Below are positions 37,942 through 47,605 of a DNA stretch of 47,605 nt, in pieces. The notes below the pieces were generated by a model. It was not told the DNA's origin, did no database searches, and was given only the letters and a program-made list of their open reading frames with translations. Location of the stretch: the sequence record DRR378314_1634. The stretch is one strand, 5' to 3'. Made by a program: the position numbers and the translations under genes. Numbering within the stretch: position 1 is the first letter of the stretch; every line of letters begins with the position of its first letter.

Positions 37942-39253
37942 CCCAGTTTGGCTCAGGTAACTTAAGGCTGTCGAATTCTGTTTTCTCAATAACCTGGTAG
38001 CTGAACCAGCCAAGTCCGGCTACCCACACGTACTTACCGTTCAGCTCAAGTATCGGCCGTCGGGCTCTTAACCACGGCGGAATTCCCGCCTGCTTCAGCC
38101 AGTCTTTCAGTTTTTTGCGCCCCTGACGCCCAGGCTTTGCCAGCTTTTCTGAGGTTAACGAAAAGGTTAATCTCAACTCATTATTATTCGTCAGCAATGC
38201 ATCTGGCACGTTTAATGTGCCCCACTCCCCCAAATTGACATTAGCCTCAGCTAACCAACAATCTGCCGGTAATTGCCCGGTATTGTTGTCACACCATAGT
38301 GCGTATTGAAAGTAGCGCACACTGTAGCCATCACACTGAACCTGCATTTGGCTGTCGTCTGTTGCGCTTTGAGCTTGTAAGCGAATTTGCTCCAGTTGCT
38401 CGTAACTGGGCAACGAATATTTTTGTTCTTGTAGCCAGACTCGCAGTAACGCTCGCTGCATAGCCGCAGAATGCTCACTCAGTAAACTGAGGGGAAAGTG
38501 ACTTTTGTGCTTCTGCGCCTGATACAGCTTTTCCTGCAACAGTTCATCCATCACCTGCTGTTGCTCGGCACAAAGTTTTGCTGACCTCAGCACGCTATTC
38601 CCAAACTGAGGCCAACGCTGCTCTAATAACGGCACCACTTTATGCCGCAAAAAATTCCGCTCAATACGGGTATCGTAGTTCGTATCGTCTTCAATCCAGG
38701 TTAATTTCTGTTGCTGCGCGTAGCTTAAAATGTCTTCTTTACTCACACTAAGCAAAGGCCGGCAGAGACGACGGCTGCCAACCCAAGGCTGAATAGCAGC
38801 CATTGAGGATAAGCCTTTTGGCCCGCTGCCGCGTTTTAATTGCAGGAAAAAGGTCTCGATCTGATCATTGCGGTGTTGCCCTAACAGCAATACCGCATCA
38901 TCCTCAGTCAGCTCGGCCATTCTCCGGTAACGGCTTTCACGCCCTGCGGCCTCTTTGCTTTGGCGGTTTTCTATGGGCACATTAAGCGGTTCAAAAACCG
39001 TTTTTACACCATAGGCCTTAGCAGCATGCTCAATAGTCGACGACCAGTCAGCTGAACTGGGGTGAAAACTATGATCTAAATGAATGGCTAAATACTGATA
39101 CTGAGGGTTCTGCTGACGAAAGCGCATCAGTAAATCGAGGATAGTTTGCGAGTCAGCCCCGCCACCAAGGGCAGCAACTAATTGCTGCCCCGGCTTTAAT
39201 GCAAGAGACTCTAAGCTTTCACAAAACAGGTCGTAAAGACCATCTTTCATCAT
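37907..39253 (-). CDS. tilS: tRNA(Ile)-lysidine synthase
   Basis: PP-loop-like GGGADS, EAAGRESRY, QHRNDQIETFFLQLKRGSG, RPLL, RNFLRH and IPPWLR. Located after accA. Confidence 0.9.
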   Translation of the reverse strand: MMKDGLYDLFCESLESLALKPGQQLVAALGGGADSQTILDLLMRFRQQNPQYQYLAIHLDHSFHPSSADWSSTIEHAAKAYGVKTVFEPLNVPIENRQSKEAAGRESRYRRMAELTEDDAVLLLGQHRNDQIETFFLQLKRGSGPKGLSSMAAIQPWVGSRRLCRPLLSVSKEDILSYAQQQKLTWIEDDTNYDTRIERNFLRHKVVPLLEQRWPQFGNSVLRSAKLCAEQQQVMDELLQEKLYQAQKHKSHFPLSLLSEHSAAMQRALLRVWLQEQKYSLPSYEQLEQIRLQAQSATDDSQMQVQCDGYSVRYFQYALWCDNNTGQLPADCWLAEANVNLGEWGTLNVPDALLTNNNELRLTFSLTSEKLAKPGRQGRKKLKDWLKQAGIPPWLRARRPILELNGKYVWVAGLGWFSYQVIEKTEFDSLKLPEPNWVSSGADSYRQL

Positions 39254-39259
39254 TGGTAA

Positions 39260-40216
39260 TTAGCAGTAACCAAAAGACATGAGTTTACGATAACGCTGGT
39301 CCAGCAATTCCTCATGGCTTAAGCCCTGTAAGCTTCCTAAATCAGCAATCAGCTGACGCTTAAGGCGTACCGCCATTTCTTCCTGATGGCGGTGCGCGCC
39401 GCCTAAAGGCTCAGGTATCACAGAATCAACCAGACCCAGCTCTTTACTCCGCGCTGCAGTTACGCCCATAGCTTCTGCTGCTAATGGTGCTTTGCTGGCA
39501 CTTTTCCACAAAATAGAAGCACAACCTTCCGGAGAAATAACCGAGTAGGTACTGTATTGCAGCATGTTAACGCGGTCACCGACACCAATAGCCAGAGCAC
39601 CACCAGAACCACCTTCTCCGATAACAGTACAAACAATAGGAACGGTTAAACGAGCCATAACTTTCAGGTTACGTGCAATGGCTTCACTCTGACCGCGCTC
39701 TTCCGCACCAATTCCCGGGTAAGCTCCAGGTGTATCAATGAAGGTAACAATTGGCATTTTAAAACGCTCGGCGGTTTGCATCAGGCGTAGCGCCTTACGA
39801 TAACCTTCCGGCTTGGGCATACCAAAGTTACGACGGATCTTCTCTTTGGTTTCACGGCCTTTTTGCTGGCCTATAACCATAACCGGAGTGCCGTCTAAAC
39901 GCGCAATACCGCCAACAATCGCCTCGTCATTAGCAAAAGAGCGATCACCCGCCATTTCGTCAAACTCGGTGAATATCATGCGAATATAGTCAAGCGTGTA
40001 AGGACGCAACGGATGACGCGCCAGCTGTGCAACCTGCCACGCACCTAAATCAGAAAAGATTTTCTCTGTCAGTTCCTGACTCTTGGTGGTCAGTCGCTGC
40101 ACTTCCTCTTCTAAGTTAAGATCCAGTTGCCCGCGGTTGCCAACAGACTTCAGTTCCTCGATTTGCGCTTCAAGTTCCGCAATAGGTTGTTCAAAATCCA
40201 GAAAATTAAGGCTCAT
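39260..40216 (-). CDS. accA: Acetyl-CoA carboxylase carboxyltransferase alpha
   Basis: [28 protein letters not shown] and GEGGSGGAL. Confidence 0.98.
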   Translation of the reverse strand: MSLNFLDFEQPIAELEAQIEELKSVGNRGQLDLNLEEEVQRLTTKSQELTEKIFSDLGAWQVAQLARHPLRPYTLDYIRMIFTEFDEMAGDRSFANDEAIVGGIARLDGTPVMVIGQQKGRETKEKIRRNFGMPKPEGYRKALRLMQTAERFKMPIVTFIDTPGAYPGIGAEERGQSEAIARNLKVMARLTVPIVCTVIGEGGSGGALAIGVGDRVNMLQYSTYSVISPEGCASILWKSASKAPLAAEAMGVTAARSKELGLVDSVIPEPLGGAHRHQEEMAVRLKRQLIADLGSLQGLSHEELLDQRYRKLMSFGYC

Positions 40217-40231
40217 TCGCTGTCATTTCCT

Positions 40232-43200
40232 TTAAAATTCAAGTGAAACTTGCTGAGTTCCCAGCAAATTCTGTAATTCGTATATTAATTCATCAGACGG
40301 ATTCACATACCATTGTGCGCCAACATTTAACGTGGCTTCAACGCGTTCCGACTGATACCGCATTTTTATCGGACAAGTCCCTTCAGCAAAGGGCTGTAAT
40401 AGCTTTTCCAGTTTTCCGGCAAGACCTTTAGCAAGCTGCTCATCCGTCACTGTAATTGCTAAATGCCGGAGATAAGTTTCCCGAGCCTGCTCAATTGCCA
40501 TCACTTCTCTGGCAGTCATTGTATTGCTATTACTGAAGTTATCAAATCTGACCTCACCTTTTATCCACAAAATTCGGTCTTTTTCGAGCAATTCCTGATA
40601 ACTTTCGTATTCGTTACTAAATAAGCGTACATCCATGCGCGCTGTTTTGTCATCTAAAGTCACTATAGCAAAACGCTGACCTCTTTTATTGGTCAGTACT
40701 CTCACATCAATCACCAGCCCGGCAATAGCAATACTCTCATCTTTACGGGTAGGAGTAACATTGGACAATGTACTATTAATGTAATGTTTGAGCTCTGCAC
40801 GAAAACGGTTAATGGGGTGACCAGTCAAATAAAGACCGAGGGTATCGCGCTCTCCTTCCAACCAGACCGCTTCCGACCATTTACGTACGCTGACAAACTC
40901 CTGTTCAACCGCTTCAGGTTCGGTGGTAAGCACCCCAAACATATCCGACTGACCAATTTTTTCCGCATTCAAATGCTGTTCGGCCTGACGAATGGCTTTT
41001 TCCAGCGTCGCCATTAATGAAGCACGGTGAGGTCCTAAGTTGTCCATTGCGCCAGCACGAATTAAGCGCTGCAGAATGCGCTTATTCATTCGCTTCAGAT
41101 CAACCCGGCAACAGAAGTCGAATAAATCCCGGAACGGCCCGCCTTCTTCCCGGGCTTTAATAATAGACTCAATTGGCGCTTCACCCACACCTTTTATTGC
41201 GCCTATACCGTACACCACTCGTTGCTGTTCATCGACGGTAAACTTATATTCGCCTTTGTTTACGTCCGGAGGCAACAAGTCCAGCCCCATGCGTTCGCAT
41301 TCGTCCGCCAGAGTGACAATTTTGTCGGTGTTATCCATATCGGCGGACATCACCGCGGCCATAAATTCTGCCGGAAAGTGGGTTTTCATCCATAAGGTCT
41401 GGTATGAAACTAAAGCGTAAGCAGCCGAGTGCGACTTGTTAAAGCCATAACCGGCAAATTTCTCTACCAAGTCGAAGATTTTCGTCGCCAGTTCAGGGTC
41501 GATATTATTTTGCGCCGCACCCTTAGCAAAAATTTCTCGTTGTTTAGCCATTTCCTCGGGCTTTTTCTTACCCATTGCACGGCGTAACAAATCTGCTCCA
41601 CCCAAAGTGTAGCCAGCCAGAACCTGGGCAATTTGCATGACCTGTTCCTGGTAGAGGATGACACCGTAAGTCGGCTCCAGTATGGGTTGCAAACTCTCAT
41701 GCTGATACTCAGCATCGGGGTAAGAGATCTCTTCCCTGCCGTGCTTCCGGTCAATAAAGTTATCAACCATGCCGGACTGCAGTGGCCCCGGCCGGAATAG
41801 CGCCACCAGGGCGATAATGTCTTCGAAAGAGTCTGGCAAAAGCTTTTTAATAAGCTCTTTCATGCCACGCGACTCTAACTGAAAAACCGCCGTTGTTTCG
41901 GCCTTTTTCAACAGTTTAAAACACGCCGGATCAGTTAAATCAATCGACGTAATATCAATAGGATCTTTACCGCTCTTAGCATGCCGGCGGTTCACCATAT
42001 CAACCGCCCACTGAATAATGGTCAGCGTTCTCAAACCCAAAAAGTCGAACTTAACCAGACCTGCCGACTCAACATCGTCTTTATCAAACTGAGTGACCGG
42101 GTTGTTACCTTCATCATCGCAATACAGTGGCGAGAAGTCGGTTATTTTGGTTGGAGAAATAACCACGCCACCAGCGTGTTTACCAGCATTACGAGTCACG
42201 CCTTCAAGAATACGAGCCATATCAATAATGGCCTTAACTTCTTCATCCTGGTCGTACGCGGCGCCAAGCTGGGGCTCAATTTCAAAGGCTTTGGCCAGCG
42301 TCATGCCCGGATCGCCCGGTATTAACTTGGAAATTCGGTCGACAAAACCATAGGGATGAGCCAGTACCCGTCCGACATCGCGTATCGCAGCCTTAGCCGC
42401 CATGGTACCGAAGGTAATAATTTGCGAAACCGCTTCACGACCATACAGGTCAGCAACGTGATCTATAACTTCATCCCGACGATCCATACAGAAGTCGACA
42501 TCGAAATCTGGCATAGAAACCCGTTCAGGATTAAGGAATCGCTCAAAAAGTAAGTCAAATTCAAGCGGATCCAAATCTGTTATTTTAAGTGCATAAGCCA
42601 CCAGAGAGCCGGCACCTGAACCGCGCCCCGGGCCTACGGGTATGCCGTTATCTTTACTCCACTGAATGAACTCCATAACGATAAGGAAATACCCGGGAAA
42701 GCCCATATCGTTAATAACGCCGAGTTCACGCTTGAGTCGTTCGTCGTACTCTGGGCGCTTTTGCTGTCGCTCTTCGGCGTCGGGAAACAAAAACTCCAAA
42801 CGTTCTTCCAGCCCTTCTTCCGAAACCTTAATTAAGAACTCTTCAGTCGTCAGGTCGCCAGTGGGAAACTTAGGCAGGAAGTATTCGCCCAAACGCACAG
42901 TGACATTACAACGTTTGGCTATTTCAACAGTATTTTCTATTGCTTCAGGAATGTCAGAAAACAACTCTCTCATTTCTTCGCTGGAGCGCAAATATTGTTG
43001 TGGTGAATATTTTTTCGGCCGACGTTTATCTTCCAATTGGTACCCGTCGTGAATAGCCACACGAATTTCGTGAGCATCAAAGTCTTCTTCTTTCAGGAAA
43101 ACCACTTCATTAGTAGCGACAACGGGTAGGCCAGTTTCTCCGGCTAAAGCCACCGCTTTATGTAAATAGGTTTCTTCCTTAGGCCGACCGGTGCGCACCA

Positions 43201-43708
43201 GTTCCAGGTAATAGCGGTCAGGAAAATATTGCTGGTAGAAATCGAGGGCAGCATCCAGCTGGCTGTCGTGGCCTTTAATTAAAGCCTGTCCTACATCACC
43301 CTGACGGCTTCCGGACAACAAAATAATGCCCTCGTTATGCTCCTTCAACCAGTCTTTATCGATAACCGGCTTGCCTTTAATATTACCGCGCAAATAAGCT
43401 TTTGAAATAAGCTGAGTTATCTGCTGATAACCTTCATTATCCATTGCCAATGCAGTCAGGCGGAAAATTTCAGATTCAGGATAGTCAGCCTGCACCCAGA
43501 AATCGCACCCTATTAAAGGCTTTAAGCCCAGTTGATGCGCTTTTCCATAGTAGCGAACCAGACCACAAAAGTTCATTTGGTCGGTAATGGCTAAAGCAGG
43601 CATACCCGCTTCAGCAACAGCCTCACAAATTGGACCAACTTTCGCCAGTCCATCTATCATGGAAAAGTCGCTATGAACTCTTAAGTGAACAAAATTTGGT
43701 GCAGTCAT
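40232..43708 (-). CDS. dnaE: DNA polymerase III alpha subunit
   Basis: PHP domain [34 protein letters not shown] and YGFNKSH. Normal length, no intein. Confidence 0.98.
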   Translation of the reverse strand: MTAPNFVHLRVHSDFSMIDGLAKVGPICEAVAEAGMPALAITDQMNFCGLVRYYGKAHQLGLKPLIGCDFWVQADYPESEIFRLTALAMDNEGYQQITQLISKAYLRGNIKGKPVIDKDWLKEHNEGIILLSGSRQGDVGQALIKGHDSQLDAALDFYQQYFPDRYYLELVRTGRPKEETYLHKAVALAGETGLPVVATNEVVFLKEEDFDAHEIRVAIHDGYQLEDKRRPKKYSPQQYLRSSEEMRELFSDIPEAIENTVEIAKRCNVTVRLGEYFLPKFPTGDLTTEEFLIKVSEEGLEERLEFLFPDAEERQQKRPEYDERLKRELGVINDMGFPGYFLIVMEFIQWSKDNGIPVGPGRGSGAGSLVAYALKITDLDPLEFDLLFERFLNPERVSMPDFDVDFCMDRRDEVIDHVADLYGREAVSQIITFGTMAAKAAIRDVGRVLAHPYGFVDRISKLIPGDPGMTLAKAFEIEPQLGAAYDQDEEVKAIIDMARILEGVTRNAGKHAGGVVISPTKITDFSPLYCDDEGNNPVTQFDKDDVESAGLVKFDFLGLRTLTIIQWAVDMVNRRHAKSGKDPIDITSIDLTDPACFKLLKKAETTAVFQLESRGMKELIKKLLPDSFEDIIALVALFRPGPLQSGMVDNFIDRKHGREEISYPDAEYQHESLQPILEPTYGVILYQEQVMQIAQVLAGYTLGGADLLRRAMGKKKPEEMAKQREIFAKGAAQNNIDPELATKIFDLVEKFAGYGFNKSHSAAYALVSYQTLWMKTHFPAEFMAAVMSADMDNTDKIVTLADECERMGLDLLPPDVNKGEYKFTVDEQQRVVYGIGAIKGVGEAPIESIIKAREEGGPFRDLFDFCCRVDLKRMNKRILQRLIRAGAMDNLGPHRASLMATLEKAIRQAEQHLNAEKIGQSDMFGVLTTEPEAVEQEFVSVRKWSEAVWLEGERDTLGLYLTGHPINRFRAELKHYINSTLSNVTPTRKDESIAIAGLVIDVRVLTNKRGQRFAIVTLDDKTARMDVRLFSNEYESYQELLEKDRILWIKGEVRFDNFSNSNTMTAREVMAIEQARETYLRHLAITVTDEQLAKGLAGKLEKLLQPFAEGTCPIKMRYQSERVEATLNVGAQWYVNPSDELIYELQNLLGTQQVSLEF

Positions 43709-43786
43709 TTTACGGATACAGTCTGGCTTTTTTCATTATCATTTTAGGGTCGTTATTGTGCCTTAAGCAGCCTCTGAAGTATATCG

Positions 43787-45082
43787 TCAGTGTAACTTCA
43801 GTCGCGGTTTTACAACATGGTTAAGTTTGTCCACCATTAACAACAAAAACATCTTCCACCAGCCGTGTAAGGCTCTTTGGTGCATCCGGTATAAACTGGC
43901 GTAAGCCCAACGCGCTAAAGTGCCTTCAAGCGACATTGACAGACTTTTACTTTGCATTAAATTACCCACCGCCGAAAAACGACTCAGTGAGACGAGTGAA
44001 CCCCGGTCTTTATATTTGAAGGCTTTTGCCGGTTTGTTGCGGTACTCACGTACAATATTCTGATACAAACATTCAGCCATCTGATGTGCGGACTGGGCCC
44101 TTGGTGGTACCCAACGTTCGTCATCTATGCGGCAACCAGCACAGTCACCAATAGCATAAATGCTTTCGTCAGATACTGACTGGAGATACTCATTTACCTC
44201 AATTTGATTGTTTTTGCGCACTTTCAGACCCCATTCACTGACGAAGTCAGGAGCCCGGACACCAGCTGCCCAAACCATTAAATTGGCGTTGATATTCTCT
44301 CCTTCAGACAACACCAGAGTGTTTTCTTTTACTTCAGTAACCGGGTTACCCAATATGACTTCGACACCCAGAGATTTCAGTTTCTTCTCTACCGACGCTG
44401 ACAAACGCTCAGGCAACGCAGGCAGTAATCGTTTACCGGCTTCGACCAAGCGAACTTCAAAATGCTTTTGATCAAGGAAAGAAAGACCATAAATAGACAA
44501 CAATGACACTGAATGAATGAGTTCAGCAGCCAGCTCAACCCCGGTCGCCCCGCCGCCCACAATAGCCAGTGACAATTTCGTATTTTCGCCGTCTTCAATC
44601 GACTGGTTTACTCTTAAAAACTCATTTAATAAATGTTCATGGAACTCATCGGCCTGACGTAATGAGTCCAGAAAGTAGCAATGCTCGCTAACTCCGGGGG
44701 TTCCAAAATCTGCGGTAACACTGCCAATGGAAAGAATTAATCTATCGTATTCAATACTGCGCGGCGCCAACACTTCATTACCCTGCTCATCTTTTATTGC
44801 CGCCAATTGAATCGACTTTTCGTCTTTATTCACAGCCTCTAAAGTGCCAACCAGAAACTGAAAACCCTCGCGGGCACTTTGTCCGCGATAATCCAGTTCA
44901 GCCAGCCGCGAGTCCAGAGCACCTGAGGCAACTTCGTGCAACAACGGCTTCCACAAGTGGGTACTGTTTCTGTCAATTAGCATTATCTTTGCTTTCTTCT
45001 TGCGACCCAGCTTTCTTCCCAGCATAGTAGCCAATTCTAATCCGCCTGCACCGCCACCAACTATTACAATCCGTTCTTGCAT
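43787..45082 (-). CDS. ndh: Type II NADH dehydrogenase
   Basis: GGGAGGLELA, HLWKPLLHEVA, GGGATGVEL, PPRAQSAHQ and SLYRMHQ. Confidence 0.9.
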   Translation of the reverse strand: MQERIVIVGGGAGGLELATMLGRKLGRKKKAKIMLIDRNSTHLWKPLLHEVASGALDSRLAELDYRGQSAREGFQFLVGTLEAVNKDEKSIQLAAIKDEQGNEVLAPRSIEYDRLILSIGSVTADFGTPGVSEHCYFLDSLRQADEFHEHLLNEFLRVNQSIEDGENTKLSLAIVGGGATGVELAAELIHSVSLLSIYGLSFLDQKHFEVRLVEAGKRLLPALPERLSASVEKKLKSLGVEVILGNPVTEVKENTLVLSEGENINANLMVWAAGVRAPDFVSEWGLKVRKNNQIEVNEYLQSVSDESIYAIGDCAGCRIDDERWVPPRAQSAHQMAECLYQNIVREYRNKPAKAFKYKDRGSLVSLSRFSAVGNLMQSKSLSMSLEGTLARWAYASLYRMHQRALHGWWKMFLLLMVDKLNHVVKPRLKLH

Positions 45083-45108
45083 TTGTGCCTCGCCTATCTG
45101 CAGATAAT

Positions 45109-45144
45109 AAAAAAGCCACTGACGATGATAACGCCAGTGGCTTT
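45109..45144 (-). terminator. Rho-independent terminator of the M3 peptidase gene
   Basis: AAAGCCACTG...CAGTGGCTTT stem with a T6 tract on the minus strand. Confidence 0.8.
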
Positions 45145-45182
45145 AGATAACGACTGTTCAGTCGAAATTATTTCAGTATGGC

Positions 45183-47372
45183 TTAGTCAATACTAGGATT
45201 CGTTAGCCCGCGACGCTCAAGTAAGGCTTCAACAGTTGGCTCCTGACCACGCCAGTCGATGTACTGTTGCATAGGATCTTTACTGCTGCCTTTGGACAGA
45301 ATTTCTTTACGGAAAGCCTGGCCATTTTCAAGGCTCAAACCACCATTATTGCCCATGTGTTTAAACGCATCGGCTGCCAGCACTTCACTCCACATGTAAG
45401 CGTAGTAACCTGCTGAGTAGCCGCCCGCAAATACGTGAGCAAAGTAAGTTGAACGGTAGCGTGGTGGTACAGCTTCAATCGCTACACCGTTTTTCTCCAG
45501 CGCGTCCTGCTCAAACTTCTCAATGTCGCTAATTTCTGTACCCGGCTCCACTGTATGATACTCAAGATCCAGTAACGCAGCGGAAATATACTCTAAAGTA
45601 TCAAAGCCCTGGTTAAAGTTACGTGCATCCAGTACTTTTTGCAGTAACTCGTCAGGAATCTGTTCACCCGTTTCGTAATGCTTTGCATAATTTGCAATAA
45701 CTTTCGGGTTCAGCGTCCAGTCTTCCTGGAAAGTTGAAGGGAACTCAACATAGTCACGCGGCACAGACGTACCTGCCTGAGATGGATATTTCACGTCAGA
45801 GAACATGCCGTGCAACGCATGGCCCATTTCATGGAACATGGTTGAAACTTCATCAAAGCTTAACAAGGTTGGTTCACCCTCAGGCGCTTTAGTGATGTTC
45901 ATGTTATTCAAAATGACCGGCTTCTGGTTCATCAATTCAGACTGAGTACGGAACGAGCTCATCCAGGCTCCACCGCGTTTGCTGTCGCGAGCATAATAGT
46001 CCGCATAGAACAAACCTAAACTTGAGCCGTCTACGTCTTTCACTTCATAAACAACAACATCATCCTGATAAACAGGGATATCGTTACGCTCTTCAAAAGT
46101 GATGCCAAACAATTGGTTCATTGCATAGAACACGCCGTCTTCCAGAACACGATTAAATTCGAAGTATTTTTTCACTTCGTCAGAGTCAATCGCGTATTTT
46201 TCTTCGCGAACTTTCTCTGCGTAGTAGAACCAGTCCCAAGGTTTCAGTTCATGCTGTTCGCCTTCAGCCTCAATCATCGCACGAATCTCTTCGGCTTCGC
46301 TTTCAACGTTGCTTACAACTGCAGGAACCAGATCACGCAACATTTTTTGAGCGGCTTCTGGATTACCGGCCATGTTTTCTTCAAGAACGTAATCACCCCA
46401 GGTGTCATAACCTAATAGATTCGCCTTTTCTGCACGCAACTGAGTTAGCTTTGCAACCATTGGGCGAGTATCGGTTTCGGTATTCCCTGTGCCACGGTTT
46501 GAGGACGCTTCCCAAATGCGCTGACGCAATTCGCGGTTTTCAAGATCAGTCAAAATAGACTGACGTGTTGTGTTAGTTAAAGTAATGGCGTATTTACCCG
46601 GCATATCACGGCTTTCAGCCGCACTCGCCAAGCTACTGATTTGACTATCACTTAAGCCGGCTAACTCTTCTTTAGAATCAACGACAATCACGTTTTCCTT
46701 GGTCAACTTCATTAAGCTGTTGCGAAATTCTGTGGTCAGGCTGGAAAGTTGCGAATTAACATCGCGAATCTGTTGTTGCTCATCTTCATTTAGTTCAGCA
46801 CCAGCACGGACAAAACCTTTGTAGGTGTCTTCTAATAAACGTTCTGACGCAGTATCCAGCTCTAATTCGTCGCGTTTGTCATGAAGTGACTTAATTCGGG
46901 CAAACAATTTAGCGTTCAGACGAATATTATCGCTATGAGCCGCTAACTTAGGAGCTAACTTACCCTGCAACTCGCGAATTTGTTCATTACTATTGGACGA
47001 TGACAGGTTGTAGAAAACTGATGAAACACGGCCAAGGATCGCACCCGATTTTTCCATCGCTACAATGGTATTCTCAAATGTTGGCTCTGCTGAGTTATTT
47101 GCAATGGCTTCAATTTCAGCCATGTGCTCTTCCATACCCTTTTCAAACGCAGGCTCAAAATGTTTGAACTCAATGGCATCGAAGTCAGGTGCCTGATACA
47201 GCAGAGGGCTGGGTTTGTAGAATGGGTTGGTTTCTTTTGCTTGTTGACTGCTGTCTTTAGAAGCTTCAGTTGAAGCCGTTTTGTTCTCAGTTGTCGATGA
47301 GTCATTTGCATCACTGCAAGCTCCCAACGATACTGCCGCACTCACAGCTACAGCCAGTAAAGTTTTCCGCAT
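45183..47372 (-). CDS. dcp: M3-family peptidyl-dipeptidase (Dcp-like), predicted lipoprotein
   Basis: Lipobox SLGAC, KRGGAWM, zinc motif HEMGH, PRDYVEFPS and GGYSAGYYAYMWSE. Confidence 0.85.
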   Translation of the reverse strand: MRKTLLAVAVSAAVSLGACSDANDSSTTENKTASTEASKDSSQQAKETNPFYKPSPLLYQAPDFDAIEFKHFEPAFEKGMEEHMAEIEAIANNSAEPTFENTIVAMEKSGAILGRVSSVFYNLSSSNSNEQIRELQGKLAPKLAAHSDNIRLNAKLFARIKSLHDKRDELELDTASERLLEDTYKGFVRAGAELNEDEQQQIRDVNSQLSSLTTEFRNSLMKLTKENVIVVDSKEELAGLSDSQISSLASAAESRDMPGKYAITLTNTTRQSILTDLENRELRQRIWEASSNRGTGNTETDTRPMVAKLTQLRAEKANLLGYDTWGDYVLEENMAGNPEAAQKMLRDLVPAVVSNVESEAEEIRAMIEAEGEQHELKPWDWFYYAEKVREEKYAIDSDEVKKYFEFNRVLEDGVFYAMNQLFGITFEERNDIPVYQDDVVVYEVKDVDGSSLGLFYADYYARDSKRGGAWMSSFRTQSELMNQKPVILNNMNITKAPEGEPTLLSFDEVSTMFHEMGHALHGMFSDVKYPSQAGTSVPRDYVEFPSTFQEDWTLNPKVIANYAKHYETGEQIPDELLQKVLDARNFNQGFDTLEYISAALLDLEYHTVEPGTEISDIEKFEQDALEKNGVAIEAVPPRYRSTYFAHVFAGGYSAGYYAYMWSEVLAADAFKHMGNNGGLSLENGQAFRKEILSKGSSKDPMQQYIDWRGQEPTVEALLERRGLTNPSID

Positions 47373-47577
47373 GGGTATCTCCCGTTGTCTATGTTTATCA
47401 TTGTGATTTTGGTGACAATACTCTAGCCCTGTGGAGGCTCAGGCTCAAGAGCTAAACGGCAAAAAGCATGATCTTCGGGGTAAAACTTAAGATGGATAAA
47501 AAATACAACAAACGAAAGAAAATAAAAAAGATAATTAATTTAGATTTTACAGGGGGGATTACTAAGAGAGAGAATAA

Positions 47578-47605
47578 TGGCGGAGTGGACGGGACTCGAA
47601 CCCGC
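47578..47605 (-). tRNA. tRNA 3' fragment, probably tRNA-Asp (truncated by the window edge)
   Basis: Reverse complement GCGGGTTCGAGTCCCGTCCACTCCGCCA gives a T-arm, acceptor strand, G discriminator and CCA, resembling gammaproteobacterial tRNA-Asp. The anticodon is outside the window. Confidence 0.8.

Noticed and set aside
40232..43708. Intein or split in dnaE
   Set aside because: The 1158-aa ORF is continuous and of normal length.
567..47455. Numerous 60-160 aa ORFs nested in or antisense to major genes
   Set aside because: They show no motifs and are explained by the codon structure of the real genes.
1..47605. Whole window as a genomic island between tmRNA and tRNA
   Set aside because: It contains core genes (dnaE, accA, tilS, purMN), with no integrase or att duplication. 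The similarity between the two ends is only the shared T-arm (GCGGGTTC).

Overview
Mostly core chromosomal DNA from a marine gammaproteobacterium. Gene content and order suggest Idiomarina/Alteromonadales (inference, not a database match). The window runs from a complete tmRNA gene (ssrA, minus strand, tag ANDDNYALAA) to the 3' end of a probable tRNA-Asp. It holds about 35 CDS, including elbB, an OYE oxidoreductase, a GNAT/C39-like peptidase fusion, a trkH-kdpD-like-kdpE-like operon, purMN, fadE, two AbgT transporters, rnhB with a 2OG oxygenase/5'-nucleotidase/Bcr MFS block, a soluble PAS-PAS chemoreceptor, bkdA1A2B, astE, an RND pump, a Kef-like antiporter, a GGDEF cyclase, dnaE-accA-tilS, ndh and a lipoprotein Dcp. 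I found no integrase, transposase, prophage or CRISPR array. The most interesting signals are: (1) a TwoAYGGAY-like structured RNA within a dense ANGGA cluster, a candidate CsrA sponge, abutting the bkdB stop; (2) a minimal KdpD/KdpE pair apparently linked to a TrkH channel, with helically phased ATTTTACGC repeats upstream; (3) an orphan GNAT-C39 fusion; (4) a GTAG REP doublet with a competing hairpin that loops out the purN stop; and (5) a DMT gene whose Shine-Dalgarno-preceded ATG is out of frame.
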